From NCBI GenBank assembly GCA_965227515.1, contig CBDDFZ010000001.1, forward strand, positions 1,376,001-1,440,000: 64,000 bases of DNA, in the 5' to 3' direction. This DNA is from Alphaproteobacteria bacterium (lineage in GTDB: Bacteria; Pseudomonadota; Alphaproteobacteria; CALKHQ01). This document shows, in pieces, positions 19,775 through 31,838 of this stretch (position 1 is the stretch's first letter; each line of letters opens with the position of its first letter). The notes beneath the pieces are model-generated. The model did no database searches. It worked only from the letters and a program-made list of their open reading frames with translations, and was not told where the DNA came from. The translations under genes were made by a program, and so were the position numbers.

Positions 19775-19835
19775 GGCCGCCCAGCAAAAATTTTCGTGTT
19801 GGAAACTGGCCGAGGGTAATCGGCTGCGGGGCGGA

Positions 19836-20186
19836 TCAGCCTGCGCTGCGCGCGGGCACCCGGTCGGCGCTGCCGTGCTCGTCGACAGCATCGTCCGCGT
19901 CGTCGCCCTCGGCCGCACTGCCGTCGCCCGCATGGTCGTCGCCGGCATGGCCGTCAATCGGGTCGCCCTGTCCCGGCAGGCGCACGCTGTCCGGAGATTC
20001 GCCGGCCGCCGCCGCTTGGGCGCGTTCGTCTTGAATCCGCTCGAACAACTCACGGCGCAGCACGCTTGCACCTTCAGGAAACGTGAAGCCAAGCTTGACC
20101 GACTTGCCACGGATCGCAACGACCGTGACCTCGATATCATCATTTATGATGATCGATTCGCCGATCTTGCGGGTGAGATAAAGCAA
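19836..20186 (-). CDS. csrA: CsrA/RsmA family translational regulator with acidic tail
   Basis: MLYLTRKIGESIIINDDIEVTVV...VKLG...P....VLRRELF; TTG start after AGGAG. Confidence 0.88.
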   Translation of the reverse strand: MLYLTRKIGESIIINDDIEVTVVAIRGKSVKLGFTFPEGASVLRRELFERIQDERAQAAAAGESPDSVRLPGQGDPIDGHAGDDHAGDGSAAEGDDADDAVDEHGSADRVPARSAG

Positions 20187-20409
20187 TAGAGGCTCCTGGC
20201 GTTCTTGCCGAGGCGAGTTGATGCGTGCCGGCCGCAATCATCGCGGCCAACGCGCACTCTAGCGTCGTATACGCTTTCTTAACAAGGTTGCATGACATGT
20301 GAGCTTGATTTTTGGAAACCGGGCGCAGTGGCGCACGGGTCGGATAGCGGTCATGGGACCGGTTCGGGCGCGGCAATGGCGACCGGATGCCCATCGGAGG
20401 CGATGCACG

Positions 20410-20778
20410 ATGGATTTGAACAACCTGCCTGTCTTTGGCGTTCTGCGCACGCAGATGGACTGGCTGGGCCAACGCCAGGCCGTGCTGGCGCAGAACGTGG
20501 CCAATGCGGACACGCCGGGCTACGTGGCGCGCGACGTGGAGCGGCCGGACTTCGAGGCGCTGATCAGCCGGCTGACCGCGAACAGCCAAAGCCGAGGCGG
20601 CGAGGTCTCGATCTCGCGCATGCCGGAGCCGCAGGAAGTCTCGCTCTCCGGCAACACGGTCACCCTGGACCAGCAGATGATGATGGTGGCCGAGACCGCC
20701 AGCCAATACGAGCTGACGACCTCGCTGTACACCAAGCAGATTGGCCTGCTGCGCATGGCGCTGGGTAACGGCCGCTAG
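20410..20778 (+). CDS. flgB: Flagellar basal-body rod protein FlgB
   Basis: LAQNVANADTPGYVARD and GNTVTLDQQM motifs. Confidence 0.9.
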   Translation: MDLNNLPVFGVLRTQMDWLGQRQAVLAQNVANADTPGYVARDVERPDFEALISRLTANSQSRGGEVSISRMPEPQEVSLSGNTVTLDQQMMMVAETASQYELTTSLYTKQIGLLRMALGNGR

Positions 20779-20843
20779 GGCGGCGTGGGTAGAGCCTAGC
20801 TAAAGCAGAGACGGCACAGTCAGAGACGAGGGACGACTCCAAG

Positions 20844-21254
20844 ATGGACCTGTTCACAGCAATGTCGGTGGCGGCCTCGGGCATGGAAGCCCAGGGCCAT
20901 CGCCTGCGCGTCATCGCGGAAAACATCGCCAACACCGACTCCATTGCCGACCAGCCGGGCACCGAGCCCTATCGCCGCAAGGTGGTGACCTTCAGCAACG
21001 TGCTGGACCAGAGCCTGGATGCCCAGGTGGTCAGGGTCGATCGGGTGATGACCGACGACACCCCCTTCGAGCTGCGCTTCGACCCGCAGCACCCGGCGGC
21101 CGACGAGCGCGGCTACGTGCAGATGCCGAACGTGAACGTGCTGACCGAGATGATGGACATGCGCCAGGCGCAGCGCAGCTACGAGGCCAATCTGGGCTCC
21201 GTCGACGCCGCCAAGCGCATGCTGCGCCAGACGATCGAAATGCTGCGGCGCTGA
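20844..21254 (+). CDS. flgC: Flagellar basal-body rod protein FlgC
   Basis: IAENIAN, PYRRK, DPQHPAAD..GYV.MPNVN and RSYEAN motifs. Confidence 0.95.
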   Translation: MDLFTAMSVAASGMEAQGHRLRVIAENIANTDSIADQPGTEPYRRKVVTFSNVLDQSLDAQVVRVDRVMTDDTPFELRFDPQHPAADERGYVQMPNVNVLTEMMDMRQAQRSYEANLGSVDAAKRMLRQTIEMLRR

Positions 21255-21441
21255 GCCGCGCGGTTAGGCCCCGAACAGAAGGTTCGAGGCGCCCGGCACC
21301 GGTCCGCACGACGGGCTGTGCCTGGCAAGATTTCCCGGAACTCCGGCAGGAAGCCGGCGACCCGTTTTCGCTGTCATTGCCCCCGCGCCCTTTCAGGACG
21401 GTCGGTGCCGGGGCTCCGTAGAACACGGCAAGAGGTTCGCC

Positions 21442-21762
21442 ATGGCCATTGATCCGCAGACCGCCATAAACGCCTACCAGTCGACCCTGCGCGAGCTCGG
21501 CCACGCCGGCGGTGCCGGCGACAAGACCGTGGCGCCGACGGAGGACTCCGGCTTCGCCGCCATGCTGGGCGACGCCCTGAACGGCGCCGTCGACGCCGGC
21601 CACAACGCCGAGCAGATGAGCATCAAGGCCGTGACCGGCGAGGCCGATCTCGCCGACGTGGTGACCGCGGTGACCAACGCGGAAATCCAGCTGCAAACCA
21701 TCGTGACCGTGCGGGACAAAGTCTTGCAGGCCTATCAGGACGTGATGAGGATGCCGATCTGA
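21442..21762 (+). CDS. fliE: Flagellar hook-basal body protein FliE
   Basis: C-terminal VRDKVLQAYQDVMRMPI. Confidence 0.93.
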   Translation: MAIDPQTAINAYQSTLRELGHAGGAGDKTVAPTEDSGFAAMLGDALNGAVDAGHNAEQMSIKAVTGEADLADVVTAVTNAEIQLQTIVTVRDKVLQAYQDVMRMPI

Positions 21763-21790
21763 CGGTCGTGGGCGGCGGAAGGCTGAGCCC

Positions 21791-22057
21791 ATGAACGCAG
21801 AAGACATTCTCGACGTCCTGCGCGACGCGATCTGGACCATGCTCCAGGTCGCCGGACCGATCATGCTGATCGCGCTGGCGGTCGGCCTGGTGGTGTCGTT
21901 CATCCAGGCCCTCACCCAGTTGCAGGAAATGACCCTGGCCTTCGTGCCGAAGATCCTGGTCGTGTTCCTGTCGCTGCTGTTCCTGATGCCCTTCATGATG
22001 ACGTCGCTGGACGGCCTGATGAACCGGATGATGGACCGCATCGCCCATGGTTTCTGA
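21791..22057 (+). CDS. fliQ: Flagellar export protein FliQ
   Basis: QALTQLQEMTLAFVPKI motif. Confidence 0.95.
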   Translation: MNAEDILDVLRDAIWTMLQVAGPIMLIALAVGLVVSFIQALTQLQEMTLAFVPKILVVFLSLLFLMPFMMTSLDGLMNRMMDRIAHGF

Positions 22058-22162
22058 CGGCCATGCGGCTTCCGACAGGCACGGGCAGCGCGGAAATTGA
22101 CCATGCGTATGCCCGAATGGCGCGCTCGCGCCCGGGTGCCATTGGCGCCGGGGCGCTAGCCG

Positions 22163-22930
22163 ATGCTGCTGTCGGCCTATCTGGAGATCGAGCTGTTCGG
22201 CTTCATGGCGGTGTTCGCGCGTTTCGGCGCGGCGCTGCTGGTGATGCCGGGCATCGGCGAGAGCTTCGTCTCGACGCGCGCACGGCTGATGCTGGCGCTG
22301 GCGATCACGCTGCTGGCCAGCCAGTTGGACGGGATCGCGCCCGCCGCGGTGCCCTCGACCGTCGGCGAGCTCGTCCTCTTCCTGTTCCTGGAGGTCACGG
22401 TCGGGCTGTTCCTGGGCCTGATCGCCCGGGTGCTGTTCACCGCACTGGCCTCGGCCGGCACCATCATCGCCTTTCACGCCGGCCTGGCCAGCGCGATGGT
22501 GTTCGACCCGACCAGCAACCAGCAGAGCGCGGTGACCGGCGCCTTGCTGTCGATGTCCGGCATGGCGTTCCTGTTCATCGCCGACCTGCATCATCTGCTG
22601 ATCGGTGGGCTGATCAGCAGCTACGATCTGTTTCCCGTCGGTGCGCCGCTGATGATCGCCGACATGGCCGATACCTTCGCGCAGATCGCATCGAAGTCGT
22701 TCTCGTTGGCGCTGCAGATCTCGGCACCGTTCGTGCTCCTGAACACGGTGATCAACGTGTGCGTCGGTGTGCTGGCGCGCCTGATGCCGCAGATTCAGGT
22801 GTTCTTTCTCGTCCTGCCGGTGCAGATCGCCCTGTCGCTGCTGGTGCTGACGGTCAGCATCACCGGCATCATGCTGTGGTACTTCGACGCCTTTTTCGAA
22901 GAGACCGCCGGCCTGTACGGCCCATTGTGA
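22163..22930 (+). CDS. fliR: Flagellar export protein FliR
   Basis: Multi-TM; DLHHLLI and ARLMPQIQVFF motifs; between fliQ and flhB. Confidence 0.93.
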   Translation: MLLSAYLEIELFGFMAVFARFGAALLVMPGIGESFVSTRARLMLALAITLLASQLDGIAPAAVPSTVGELVLFLFLEVTVGLFLGLIARVLFTALASAGTIIAFHAGLASAMVFDPTSNQQSAVTGALLSMSGMAFLFIADLHHLLIGGLISSYDLFPVGAPLMIADMADTFAQIASKSFSLALQISAPFVLLNTVINVCVGVLARLMPQIQVFFLVLPVQIALSLLVLTVSITGIMLWYFDAFFEETAGLYGPL

Positions 22931-22949
22931 TGACGATGTGCATTCAAGC

Positions 22950-23012
22950 CGGCACCGGCCCGCTCCCCCACCCGACCACCCAACGACAGTATGATTGCTG
23001 GGTGGCCGGGTG
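22950..23012. repeat. Family C hairpin repeat (degenerate right arm)
   Basis: CGGCACCGGCCCGCTCCCCCACCCGACCACCCA...TGGGTGGCCGGGTG; copies at 28103 and 40357. Confidence 0.8.
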
Positions 23013-23094
23013 CCCAAAGGCAGCGCGGATGCGATGCCGCGCCGGGGAAGAGTGTGGGCTGGCGCAGACTTCGGCATAGGCAAGGCGAAGCACG

Positions 23095-24171
23095 ATGGCG
23101 GATTCCGATCAGGAAAAAACAGAAGAACCGACAGGCAAACGGCTCAGCGACGCGCGCAACAAGGGCCAGGTCGCGTCGTCGAAGGAAATCAACAACTTCC
23201 TGATCATGATCGGCGCGACCGCGCTGGTGATGTTCATGCTGCCGCCGATTCTGCGCGACCTGGCGGCCACGCTGTCGCTGTTCTTCAGCAATCCGCACGG
23301 GCTGGATGTCAGCGAGGGCGGCATTCTGCAGCTCGTCTTCGACCTGTTGTTCGATGTCGGCCTGCTGCTGGCGATGCCGTTTGCGTTGTTCGTGCTGCTG
23401 GCGTTCCTGTCGAGCTACTTCCAGCACGGCATCGTGTTCAGCGCCGAGCAGTTGAAGCCGGACCTGGCGAAGCTGTCGCCGGTGCGCGGCCTGAAACGCA
23501 TGTTCTCCAGCACGTCGCTGCTGGAATTCGGCAAGAGCATCGCAAAATTCATCATCGTCGGCGGCATGGCGCTGATGCTGATCTCGCCCGAGCTGAACGG
23601 GCTGGAGGGGTTCGTGGGCGCCGGCCCCCTGGCCATCGCCGAGCGCCTGCAAGACATTGTCCTGCTGTTGCTGGTTGCGGTCACCGCCATGATGGCGGTG
23701 CTGTCGGTGGTCGACTTCGCCCACGCCAAGATGAAGCACCACAAGCAGCTGCGCATGACCAAGCAGGAGGTGAAGGACGAGCACAAGCAGTCGGAGGGCG
23801 ACCCGAAGGTCAAGGGGCGGATCCGCATGATCCGCATGGAACGCTCGCGCCAGCGCATGATGGCGGCGGTGCCCGACGCCGACGTGGTGATCACCAACCC
23901 GACCCACTACGCGGTGGCGCTTGCCTACGATGCCACCTCCATGGCGGCGCCCCAGGTGGTGGCGAAGGGCGCCGACCTGATTGCCCACCGCATTCGCACG
24001 ATTGCCGAGGAGGCCGACGTGCCGATCGTGGAAAACCCGCCGCTGACCCGCGCCATCTACGCCACCGCGGAAATCGGCAGCGAAATCCCGGAACAGCACT
24101 ACCGCGCGGTGGCGGAGATTATCGGCTATATCTGGCGCCTGAAGGGCAAGCGCCAGCCCGCCCGCGGCTGA
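23095..24171 (+). CDS. flhB: Flagellar export switch protein FlhB
   Basis: EKTEEPT, SEGDPKVK and NPTH autocleavage motif. Confidence 0.96.
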   Translation: MADSDQEKTEEPTGKRLSDARNKGQVASSKEINNFLIMIGATALVMFMLPPILRDLAATLSLFFSNPHGLDVSEGGILQLVFDLLFDVGLLLAMPFALFVLLAFLSSYFQHGIVFSAEQLKPDLAKLSPVRGLKRMFSSTSLLEFGKSIAKFIIVGGMALMLISPELNGLEGFVGAGPLAIAERLQDIVLLLLVAVTAMMAVLSVVDFAHAKMKHHKQLRMTKQEVKDEHKQSEGDPKVKGRIRMIRMERSRQRMMAAVPDADVVITNPTHYAVALAYDATSMAAPQVVAKGADLIAHRIRTIAEEADVPIVENPPLTRAIYATAEIGSEIPEQHYRAVAEIIGYIWRLKGKRQPARG

Positions 24172-24223
24172 CACGCCCGCAGCGCGCGCCCGGCATTATG
24201 TTGACGCAAGAAGGTTCCGACCG

Positions 24224-26749
24224 ATGAGCGCAACCACACACGGCATGCATTCCGAAACCGCCCGCATCGGTGCCTTCAGCCGCGCCTGGGCGGCGGAGCG
24301 GCGGCTGGGCCTGACCATGCTGAGCATCGCGCTGATCGCGTTCGGCGTCTCGGTGGTGGTGGCGTGGGCGACCGATGCCGGCACGACCGGCGTGGTCGCC
24401 GCCGGCGTCATCTCGCTGGCGGTCGGCACGACGGCGGTGATCCTGATGGGTCTTGCCCGGGTCGACGAGTTGAGTGCCGCGCAGCAGGTGTCGGTGTTTC
24501 GCGCCGCGTTCGACGCGTCGGACGACCCGAAGTTCGCCGTCGATGCGGCGGGCGGCCTGACACTGGGCAACGATTCCTTCTATCGCCGGCTTTCGGCGGG
24601 CGGGGCGGAGACGCTCGACAAGCTGGCAGCGGCCTTCGACGACGCGGAGGAGGCGGGCGTGCGGTTGCGCGACCTGCATCGCGCGGCCCTGAGCCAGGAG
24701 GCCGGCGCCATCGACCTGGTGCGTACCGCGGCGGACGGGCGGCAGGTGGTATGGCGTGTGGCGGCGCGCCCGGCCGGCAGCGGCATGACGTGGTGGTCGG
24801 CGCAGGACATGACCGAGATTGTCGCCGCCGCCCGCGAGCACCAGCACCTGGAGGCGGCGTGCCACGACGTGTTCGACGCGGCGCCATTGGGCCTCTATCG
24901 CACCGATGGCCACGGCACGGTCGTCGCGATCAACAGCGCGCTGGCGACGATGCTGGATATCGAGGATGCCGAGGCGCTGCTGGGGGTGGCGACACCATCC
25001 AGCCTGTTCGACCTGGATGACGAGGATGCGGCGACGCTGGACGGCGGCACGTCGGTCTCGCGCACCGTGGCCCTGCCCGACAACCCGGCCGGCAAGGGGC
25101 CGGACCGCGCCGACCTCTGCCAGATGCCGTTGCCGGGCGACGGGCAGGCGGCGTTGGGCCTGGTCCAGCCGCGCGTGGGGACGGAGAGCGACCTCGCCGT
25201 GGGGCAGCCCGACGGATCGGTCTATCGCGATGCTTTCGACCTGCTGCCCATCGGCATGGCGCTTCTGGACGGCGATGGCCGGATCGCGCGCGCCAACAAG
25301 GCGCTGGTGGAGTTGTGCAATCCCGGCCGGCCGCGCGACGACTCCCGCCTGGTCGGCGATGAGTTCACTGCGCTGGTGGCCGAGGCGGATCGGCCCGCCG
25401 CCGTGGCCTACATCGCTCAGGCGCGCGCGGCCGGCGCGGATGCCGCCTCTGAAGCGGCCGAGCCGCTGACGGTGACACTGGCCGGCAGCCGGCCCGTGGT
25501 GGTGGCCATCGGCACCCGCACCATCGAACTGCCTGACGGCGGGGCCACGGGCCTGATGCTGACGGTGCAGGACATCACCTCCCAGCGCCAGTTGGAGCAG
25601 CAATTCACCCAGGCGCAGAAGATGCAGGCGGTTGGCCAGCTCGCCGGCGGCGTCGCCCACGACTTCAACAATCTGCTGACCGCGATGATCGGCTATTGCG
25701 ACCTGCTGCTGGCGCGGACCCAGTCCAGCGACCAGTCGTTCGCCGACATCATGCAGATCAAGCAGAACGCCAACCGCGCCGCCAACCTGGTGCGCCAGTT
25801 GCTGGCGTTCTCGCGCAAGCAGACGCTGCAGCCGCGCGTGCTCAACCTGACCGACGTGCTCGGCGAGATCGGCCACCTGTTGCGCCGGCTGCTGGGCGAC
25901 GGGATCGAGCTCAAGCTGGTCTACTCGCGCGAGCTTTGGCTGGTGAAGGCGGACCTGGGCCAGCTCGAGCAGGTGATCATCAACCTGGCGGTGAACGCGC
26001 GCGATGCCATGGACGGCCACGGCACGCTGACCATCGAGACCGCCAATTTCCCGGTCACCACGCAGGACGACAGCGTCCACGAAGCAATGCCGCCGGGCGA
26101 CTATATCCGGCTGTCGGTCGCGGACTCAGGCGTCGGCATCGACAAGGAGATCATCAACCGCATCTGGGAGCCGTTCTTCACCACCAAGGATGTCGGCGCC
26201 GGCACCGGGCTCGGCCTGTCCACCTGCTACGGCATCGTCAAGCAGACCGGCGGCTTCATCTTCGCCGACAGCGCGGTCGGCGAGGGCACCACGTTCTCCA
26301 TCTACCTGCCGCGCCACGAAGTGCCGGTGGAGGAGAAGGCGAAGCCATCGCAAGCGGCGGTGGAGGCGCGCGATCTCACCGGCGCCGGCACCATCCTGCT
26401 GGTGGAGGACGAGGATGCGGTGCGCCTGTTCTCCACCCGGGCGTTGCGCAACAAGGGCTACGACGTCCGCCCCGCGAACAGCGGCGAACAGGCGCTGGCC
26501 ATGTTCGACGAGTCGGAAGAACAAATCGACCTCGTGGTCACCGACGTGATGATGCCGGAGATGGACGGGCCGACCCTGATCAAGCATCTGCGCGAACGGG
26601 TGCCGGACATCAAGGTGATCTGCATGTCGGGCTACGCCGAGGATGCCTTGCGCGAACGTCTGGCGGACGACACCGGCATCCATTTTCTTGCTAAGCCGTT
26701 CAATTTGAACGACTTGGCGGGCCTGGTGAAAGAGGTTCTGTCCGCCTGA
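24224..26749 (+). CDS. cckA: Hybrid PAS histidine kinase/receiver CckA
   Basis: Two TMs, PAS domains, QKMQAVGQLAGGVAHDFNNLL, EPFFTTK and C-terminal receiver; flhB-cckA-recA synteny. Confidence 0.88.
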   Translation: MSATTHGMHSETARIGAFSRAWAAERRLGLTMLSIALIAFGVSVVVAWATDAGTTGVVAAGVISLAVGTTAVILMGLARVDELSAAQQVSVFRAAFDASDDPKFAVDAAGGLTLGNDSFYRRLSAGGAETLDKLAAAFDDAEEAGVRLRDLHRAALSQEAGAIDLVRTAADGRQVVWRVAARPAGSGMTWWSAQDMTEIVAAAREHQHLEAACHDVFDAAPLGLYRTDGHGTVVAINSALATMLDIEDAEALLGVATPSSLFDLDDEDAATLDGGTSVSRTVALPDNPAGKGPDRADLCQMPLPGDGQAALGLVQPRVGTESDLAVGQPDGSVYRDAFDLLPIGMALLDGDGRIARANKALVELCNPGRPRDDSRLVGDEFTALVAEADRPAAVAYIAQARAAGADAASEAAEPLTVTLAGSRPVVVAIGTRTIELPDGGATGLMLTVQDITSQRQLEQQFTQAQKMQAVGQLAGGVAHDFNNLLTAMIGYCDLLLARTQSSDQSFADIMQIKQNANRAANLVRQLLAFSRKQTLQPRVLNLTDVLGEIGHLLRRLLGDGIELKLVYSRELWLVKADLGQLEQVIINLAVNARDAMDGHGTLTIETANFPVTTQDDSVHEAMPPGDYIRLSVADSGVGIDKEIINRIWEPFFTTKDVGAGTGLGLSTCYGIVKQTGGFIFADSAVGEGTTFSIYLPRHEVPVEEKAKPSQAAVEARDLTGAGTILLVEDEDAVRLFSTRALRNKGYDVRPANSGEQALAMFDESEEQIDLVVTDVMMPEMDGPTLIKHLRERVPDIKVICMSGYAEDALRERLADDTGIHFLAKPFNLNDLAGLVKEVLSA

Positions 26750-26861
26750 GTATCGCGGCCCGTTCTCCCGCCGCCGTCCGAATCCGCATTCTCCGTTCGC
26801 ATTTCATCTCCAGATGTTCCGTCCTCGTGGCCGCTCATTGCGAAAAACAGGTTGCGATATA

Positions 26862-26876
26862 GAACATAATGTGCAC
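26862..26876 (+). promoter_or_regulatory. Alphaproteobacterial LexA (SOS) box
   Basis: GAAC-ATAATGT-GCAC, close to the GAAC-N7-GAAC/GTAC consensus, upstream of recA. Confidence 0.7.
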
Positions 26877-26926
26877 ACTTGGCCTCATTGCAACCTGGTA
26901 TCGGCTGTGGAATAAGGAACCGAGGG

Positions 26927-28030
<1,104 letters not shown>

Positions 28031-28102
28031 TTCTGCAAGACTGCCAGCGGGCCGGCACCGAAAACTCTGGTCTGGCAGGCGTCTAAAGCATGATCATTTA
28101 AG

Positions 28103-28181
28103 TCGGCACCGGCCCTCTCCCCCACCCGACCGCCCACGAAAGTATCCTACTGGGTGGCCGGGTGGGGGAGAGGGCTGGCGC
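28103..28181. repeat. Family C hairpin repeat
   Basis: GCACCGGCCCTCTCCCCCACCCGACCGCCCA-loop-TGGGTGGCCGGGTGGGGGAGAGGGCTGGCGC. Confidence 0.85.
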
Positions 28182-28404
28182 AGATTCAGCGTAAGCTGAT
28201 CCCGATCTAGACACTGCGACCCCATCCCGGGGGAATAGCTCGCCCCGGGACATGCATTTGCGAAGAAAATGCATTACATAGCCTTCCGCTCCTCCTCGCC
28301 GGCCGGCCAATGTCGGCCGGACAGAGGGCAGAAGTCTGACAAGGCCCGGTGGCCTGTGGCCGCCGCCCCGCTCCGAAATCGCAGCAGCGCAGTACCGAGA
28401 CGAC

Positions 28405-31056
28405 ATGCCGACGACCAACGATATCCGCTCGACGTTCTTCGACTATTTTGCCGGCAACGGCCACGAGGTGGTCGCGTCATCGCCGCTGGTGCCGCGCAAC
28501 GACCCGACGCTGCTGTTCGTCAACGCCGGCATGGTGCAGTTCAAGAACGTTTTCACCGGCGCCGAGACCCGGCCCTACAAGCGCGCGGTGACGTCGCAAA
28601 AGTGCGTGCGTGCCGGCGGCAAGCACAACGATCTTGAGAACGTTGGCTACACCGCCCGCCACCACACGTTCTTCGAGATGCTCGGCAACTTCTCGTTCGG
28701 CGACTATTTCAAGGAACTGGCCATCGAGCTGGCCTGGAACCTGGTCACCCGCGAGTACGGGCTGCCGGCCGACCGGCTGCTGGTCACCGTCTTCGCCGAG
28801 GATGACGAGGCGTTCGACCTGTGGCACCGCATCGCCGGCCTGCCGGAGGATCGGATTATCCGGATCGCGACCTCCGACAATTTCTGGTCGATGGGCGACA
28901 CCGGCCCGTGCGGCCCGTGCTCCGAGATCTTCTTCGACCACGGCCCCGACATTCCGGGCGGCCCGCCCGGCAGCCCGGACGAGGACGGCGACCGGTTCAT
29001 CGAGATCTGGAACCTGGTGTTCATGCAGTTCGAGCAGACCGCGCCCGGCGAGCGCGCGCCGCTGCCGAAGCCGTCCATCGACACCGGCATGGGCCTGGAG
29101 CGCATCGCCGCCGTGCTGCAGGGCAAGCACGACAACTACGACATCGACCTGATGCGCAGCCTGATCGAGGCGTCGGCCGAGGCATCGAGCAGCGACCCCG
29201 ACGGGCCGCACAAGGTGAGCCATCGCGTCATCGCCGATCATTTGCGTGCCGGAACGTTCCTGATCGCCGATGGCGTGCTGCCGTCCAACGAGGGCCGTGG
29301 CTATGTACTGAGGCGCATCATGCGCCGCGCCATGCGTCACGCCCATCTGATCGGCTGCCGCGAGCCCCTGATGTACCAACTGGTGCCCGCACTGGTGTCG
29401 GCCATGGGCCAGGCGTTCCCCGAACTCGGCCGCGCGGCGCCGCTGGCGACCGAGACCTTCAAGCTGGAGGAGGAGCGGTTCAAGACCACGCTCGATCGGG
29501 GCTTGCGCCTGCTCGACGACGAGGTCGCCAACCTGGGCGCCAGCGATCCGCTGCCGGGTGCCTTCGCGTTCAAGCTCTACGACACCTACGGCTTTCCGCT
29601 CGACCTGACGCAGGACATCATGCGCGGTCAGGGGCGGGCCGTGGACACCGACGGCTTCGACGCCGCCATGGCCGAGCAACGAGCGGCGGCGCGCCGCGCA
29701 TGGGCCGGCTCAGGCGATGCCGCCACCGAGACCCTGTGGTTCGACCTCAACGAGAAGATCGGCGCCACCGAGTTCCTGGGCTACGACACCTTGCAGGCCG
29801 AGGGTACGGTCCAGGCCCTGGTGGTAGACGGCAAGCTGGTCGACCGTGCCGCGAAGGGCCAGGCAGTCGAGGTGATCGTCAACCAGACCCCGTTCTATGG
29901 CGAGTCCGGCGGCCAGATGGGCGATGTCGGCGTTATAACCTCGCCGGAAGGCGCGCGCCTGAAGGTCAGCGACACGCAGAAGAAGCTCGGCGCGCTGCAC
30001 GTCCATATCGCGGAGGTGGAGGCCGGCAGTATTGCGGTCGGCGAGGCTGTGGAACTGAGCGTCGACGGTGCCCATCGCGACCAGCTTCGCGCCGCCCATT
30101 CCGCGACCCATCTGCTGCACGAGGCGCTGCGCCGCCGGCTGGGCCCCCATGTCACCCAGAAAGGCAGCCTGGTGGCGCCCGACCGGTTGCGGTTCGATAT
30201 CAGCCACCCGAAGCCGATCGAGCCGGGCGAACTGGCCGATGTCGAGGCCGATGTCAGTGCCCGCATCCGCGCCAACGCGGAGACCCGCACCCGCCTGATG
30301 ACGCCCGACGATGCGGTCGCGGCCGGTGCGCTGGCGCTGTTCGGCGAGAAGTACGGCGAGGAGGTCCGCGTGGTCTCCATGGGCAGCGACGACGAGCGCG
30401 AGTACTTCTCGACCGAGCTGTGCGGCGGCACCCATGTGGCGCGCACCGGCGACATCGGGCCGTTCCGCATCGTGTCGGAGGCGGCGCTGGCCGCCGGCGT
30501 GCGGCGGATCGAGGCGCTGACCGGCGAGGCGGCGCGCCGTCACCTGGATCACCGCGACCATCTGCTGCTGGAAACCGCCGGCCTGTTGAAGGTGGCGCCC
30601 GACGACGTGCCGGGACGCATCGCGGCGCTGATCGACGACCGCCGCAAGCTGGAGCGCGACATGGCGCAACTGCGCCAGCAACTCGCCGCCGGCGGCGGGG
30701 GCGGCGGTGCCGCGCCGGAGGTGCGCACCGTCAGTGGCGTCTCGTTCGCGGCCCGCCAGCTCGACGATGTGCCGGCCCGCGAGCTGAAGAGCATGGCCGA
30801 CGCGATGAAAAAGCAAATCGGCTCAGGCGTCGTCGCCATCGTCAGCGCCACCGACGGCAAGGCCTCCCTGGTCGTGGGCGTCACCGCCGACCTGACCGGG
30901 AAGCTCAGCGCGGTCGACCTGGTGCGCGCCGGCTCGGCGGCGCTTGGCGGCAAGGGCGGCGGCGGCCGGCCCGATATGGCCCAGGCCGGCGGCCCGGCCG
31001 GCGGCGATGCCTCGGCGGCGTTGAGCGCCATCGAACAGGCGATAGCCGCCGCCTGA
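28405..31056 (+). CDS. alaS: Alanine--tRNA ligase
   Basis: [46 protein letters not shown] and [12 protein letters not shown] motifs. Confidence 0.98.
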   Translation: MPTTNDIRSTFFDYFAGNGHEVVASSPLVPRNDPTLLFVNAGMVQFKNVFTGAETRPYKRAVTSQKCVRAGGKHNDLENVGYTARHHTFFEMLGNFSFGDYFKELAIELAWNLVTREYGLPADRLLVTVFAEDDEAFDLWHRIAGLPEDRIIRIATSDNFWSMGDTGPCGPCSEIFFDHGPDIPGGPPGSPDEDGDRFIEIWNLVFMQFEQTAPGERAPLPKPSIDTGMGLERIAAVLQGKHDNYDIDLMRSLIEASAEASSSDPDGPHKVSHRVIADHLRAGTFLIADGVLPSNEGRGYVLRRIMRRAMRHAHLIGCREPLMYQLVPALVSAMGQAFPELGRAAPLATETFKLEEERFKTTLDRGLRLLDDEVANLGASDPLPGAFAFKLYDTYGFPLDLTQDIMRGQGRAVDTDGFDAAMAEQRAAARRAWAGSGDAATETLWFDLNEKIGATEFLGYDTLQAEGTVQALVVDGKLVDRAAKGQAVEVIVNQTPFYGESGGQMGDVGVITSPEGARLKVSDTQKKLGALHVHIAEVEAGSIAVGEAVELSVDGAHRDQLRAAHSATHLLHEALRRRLGPHVTQKGSLVAPDRLRFDISHPKPIEPGELADVEADVSARIRANAETRTRLMTPDDAVAAGALALFGEKYGEEVRVVSMGSDDEREYFSTELCGGTHVARTGDIGPFRIVSEAALAAGVRRIEALTGEAARRHLDHRDHLLLETAGLLKVAPDDVPGRIAALIDDRRKLERDMAQLRQQLAAGGGGGGAAPEVRTVSGVSFAARQLDDVPARELKSMADAMKKQIGSGVVAIVSATDGKASLVVGVTADLTGKLSAVDLVRAGSAALGGKGGGGRPDMAQAGGPAGGDASAALSAIEQAIAAA

Positions 31057-31165
31057 CCACCGCTCCCATGATGTGCAGGGGCGTGCCCGGGCTTGACCGG
31101 CCGCGCCGCGGCGGGCACGCTGAACGCCCATCTTGTTGGGGCAACAACTCAGGGAGGGTGGTTCG

Positions 31166-31390
31166 ATGCCCGTACGATCGTCACGCCGTGGTCTGATCAC
31201 GGTCGCCGCACTCGGCGTTTCCATCGCCGCTGCACTGATGTTCTGGACGCTGAGCAACGCGCCGGCCGGGGCGCAATCCGGCATGACGCAGGAACAGGCC
31301 GAATGCCTGCTCGACAACCTGGATCAGGTTGGATCCGACACGGCGGCGAGCCTGATCGCACAAGCCTGCGCGACCCTGAACGCAGGCTGA
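31166..31390 (+). CDS. Small exported two-cysteine protein (VF_A0006-like module)
   Basis: Signal/TM, then ECLLDNLDQVGSDTAASLIAQAC; GGAGG RBS. Confidence 0.65.
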   Translation: MPVRSSRRGLITVAALGVSIAAALMFWTLSNAPAGAQSGMTQEQAECLLDNLDQVGSDTAASLIAQACATLNAG

Positions 31391-31838
31391 TCTGCCTCCG
31401 GGCACTTGCGCGGTTGGCTTGAATTGGTTGGACCTCGACCCAGGTCGTAGGTCGTCATCCTTCGGCGGACCCTGCCGGGCTCAGTCCATGAAAGTGGCGT
31501 CCAATGGCCGCGATTCCCCGGCGTTTTTCGGTGTAACGGCGCCAATTTGAACCAATTAACGTACCAATCCCGATGTGAGCATCTGCTCAGAGGATGATCG
31601 AAAGCCCGCAGAATCGCTGGTTCCCAGCCGATTAGCCGTAACTAACGGTAACTAACTGGTTCTTTCCAAACCGAACGACCACATTCACCTTGCCAGCACG
31701 GCAACGACGACTCCGAAGGTTCGCCCCCATGCCCTTGGAGAAAGCGTGGCCGTGCTGGCAACGAGTGGAAGTTGCCCATGCCGAATGGCCACCAACTCGT
31801 TGCCGGTTCACCCAAGTAGGCTAGGAGTTGGTGATCAC

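Noticed and set aside
20279-20293. CtrA box between csrA and flgB
   Set aside because: Only one TTAAC half-site; the second half is GCAT.
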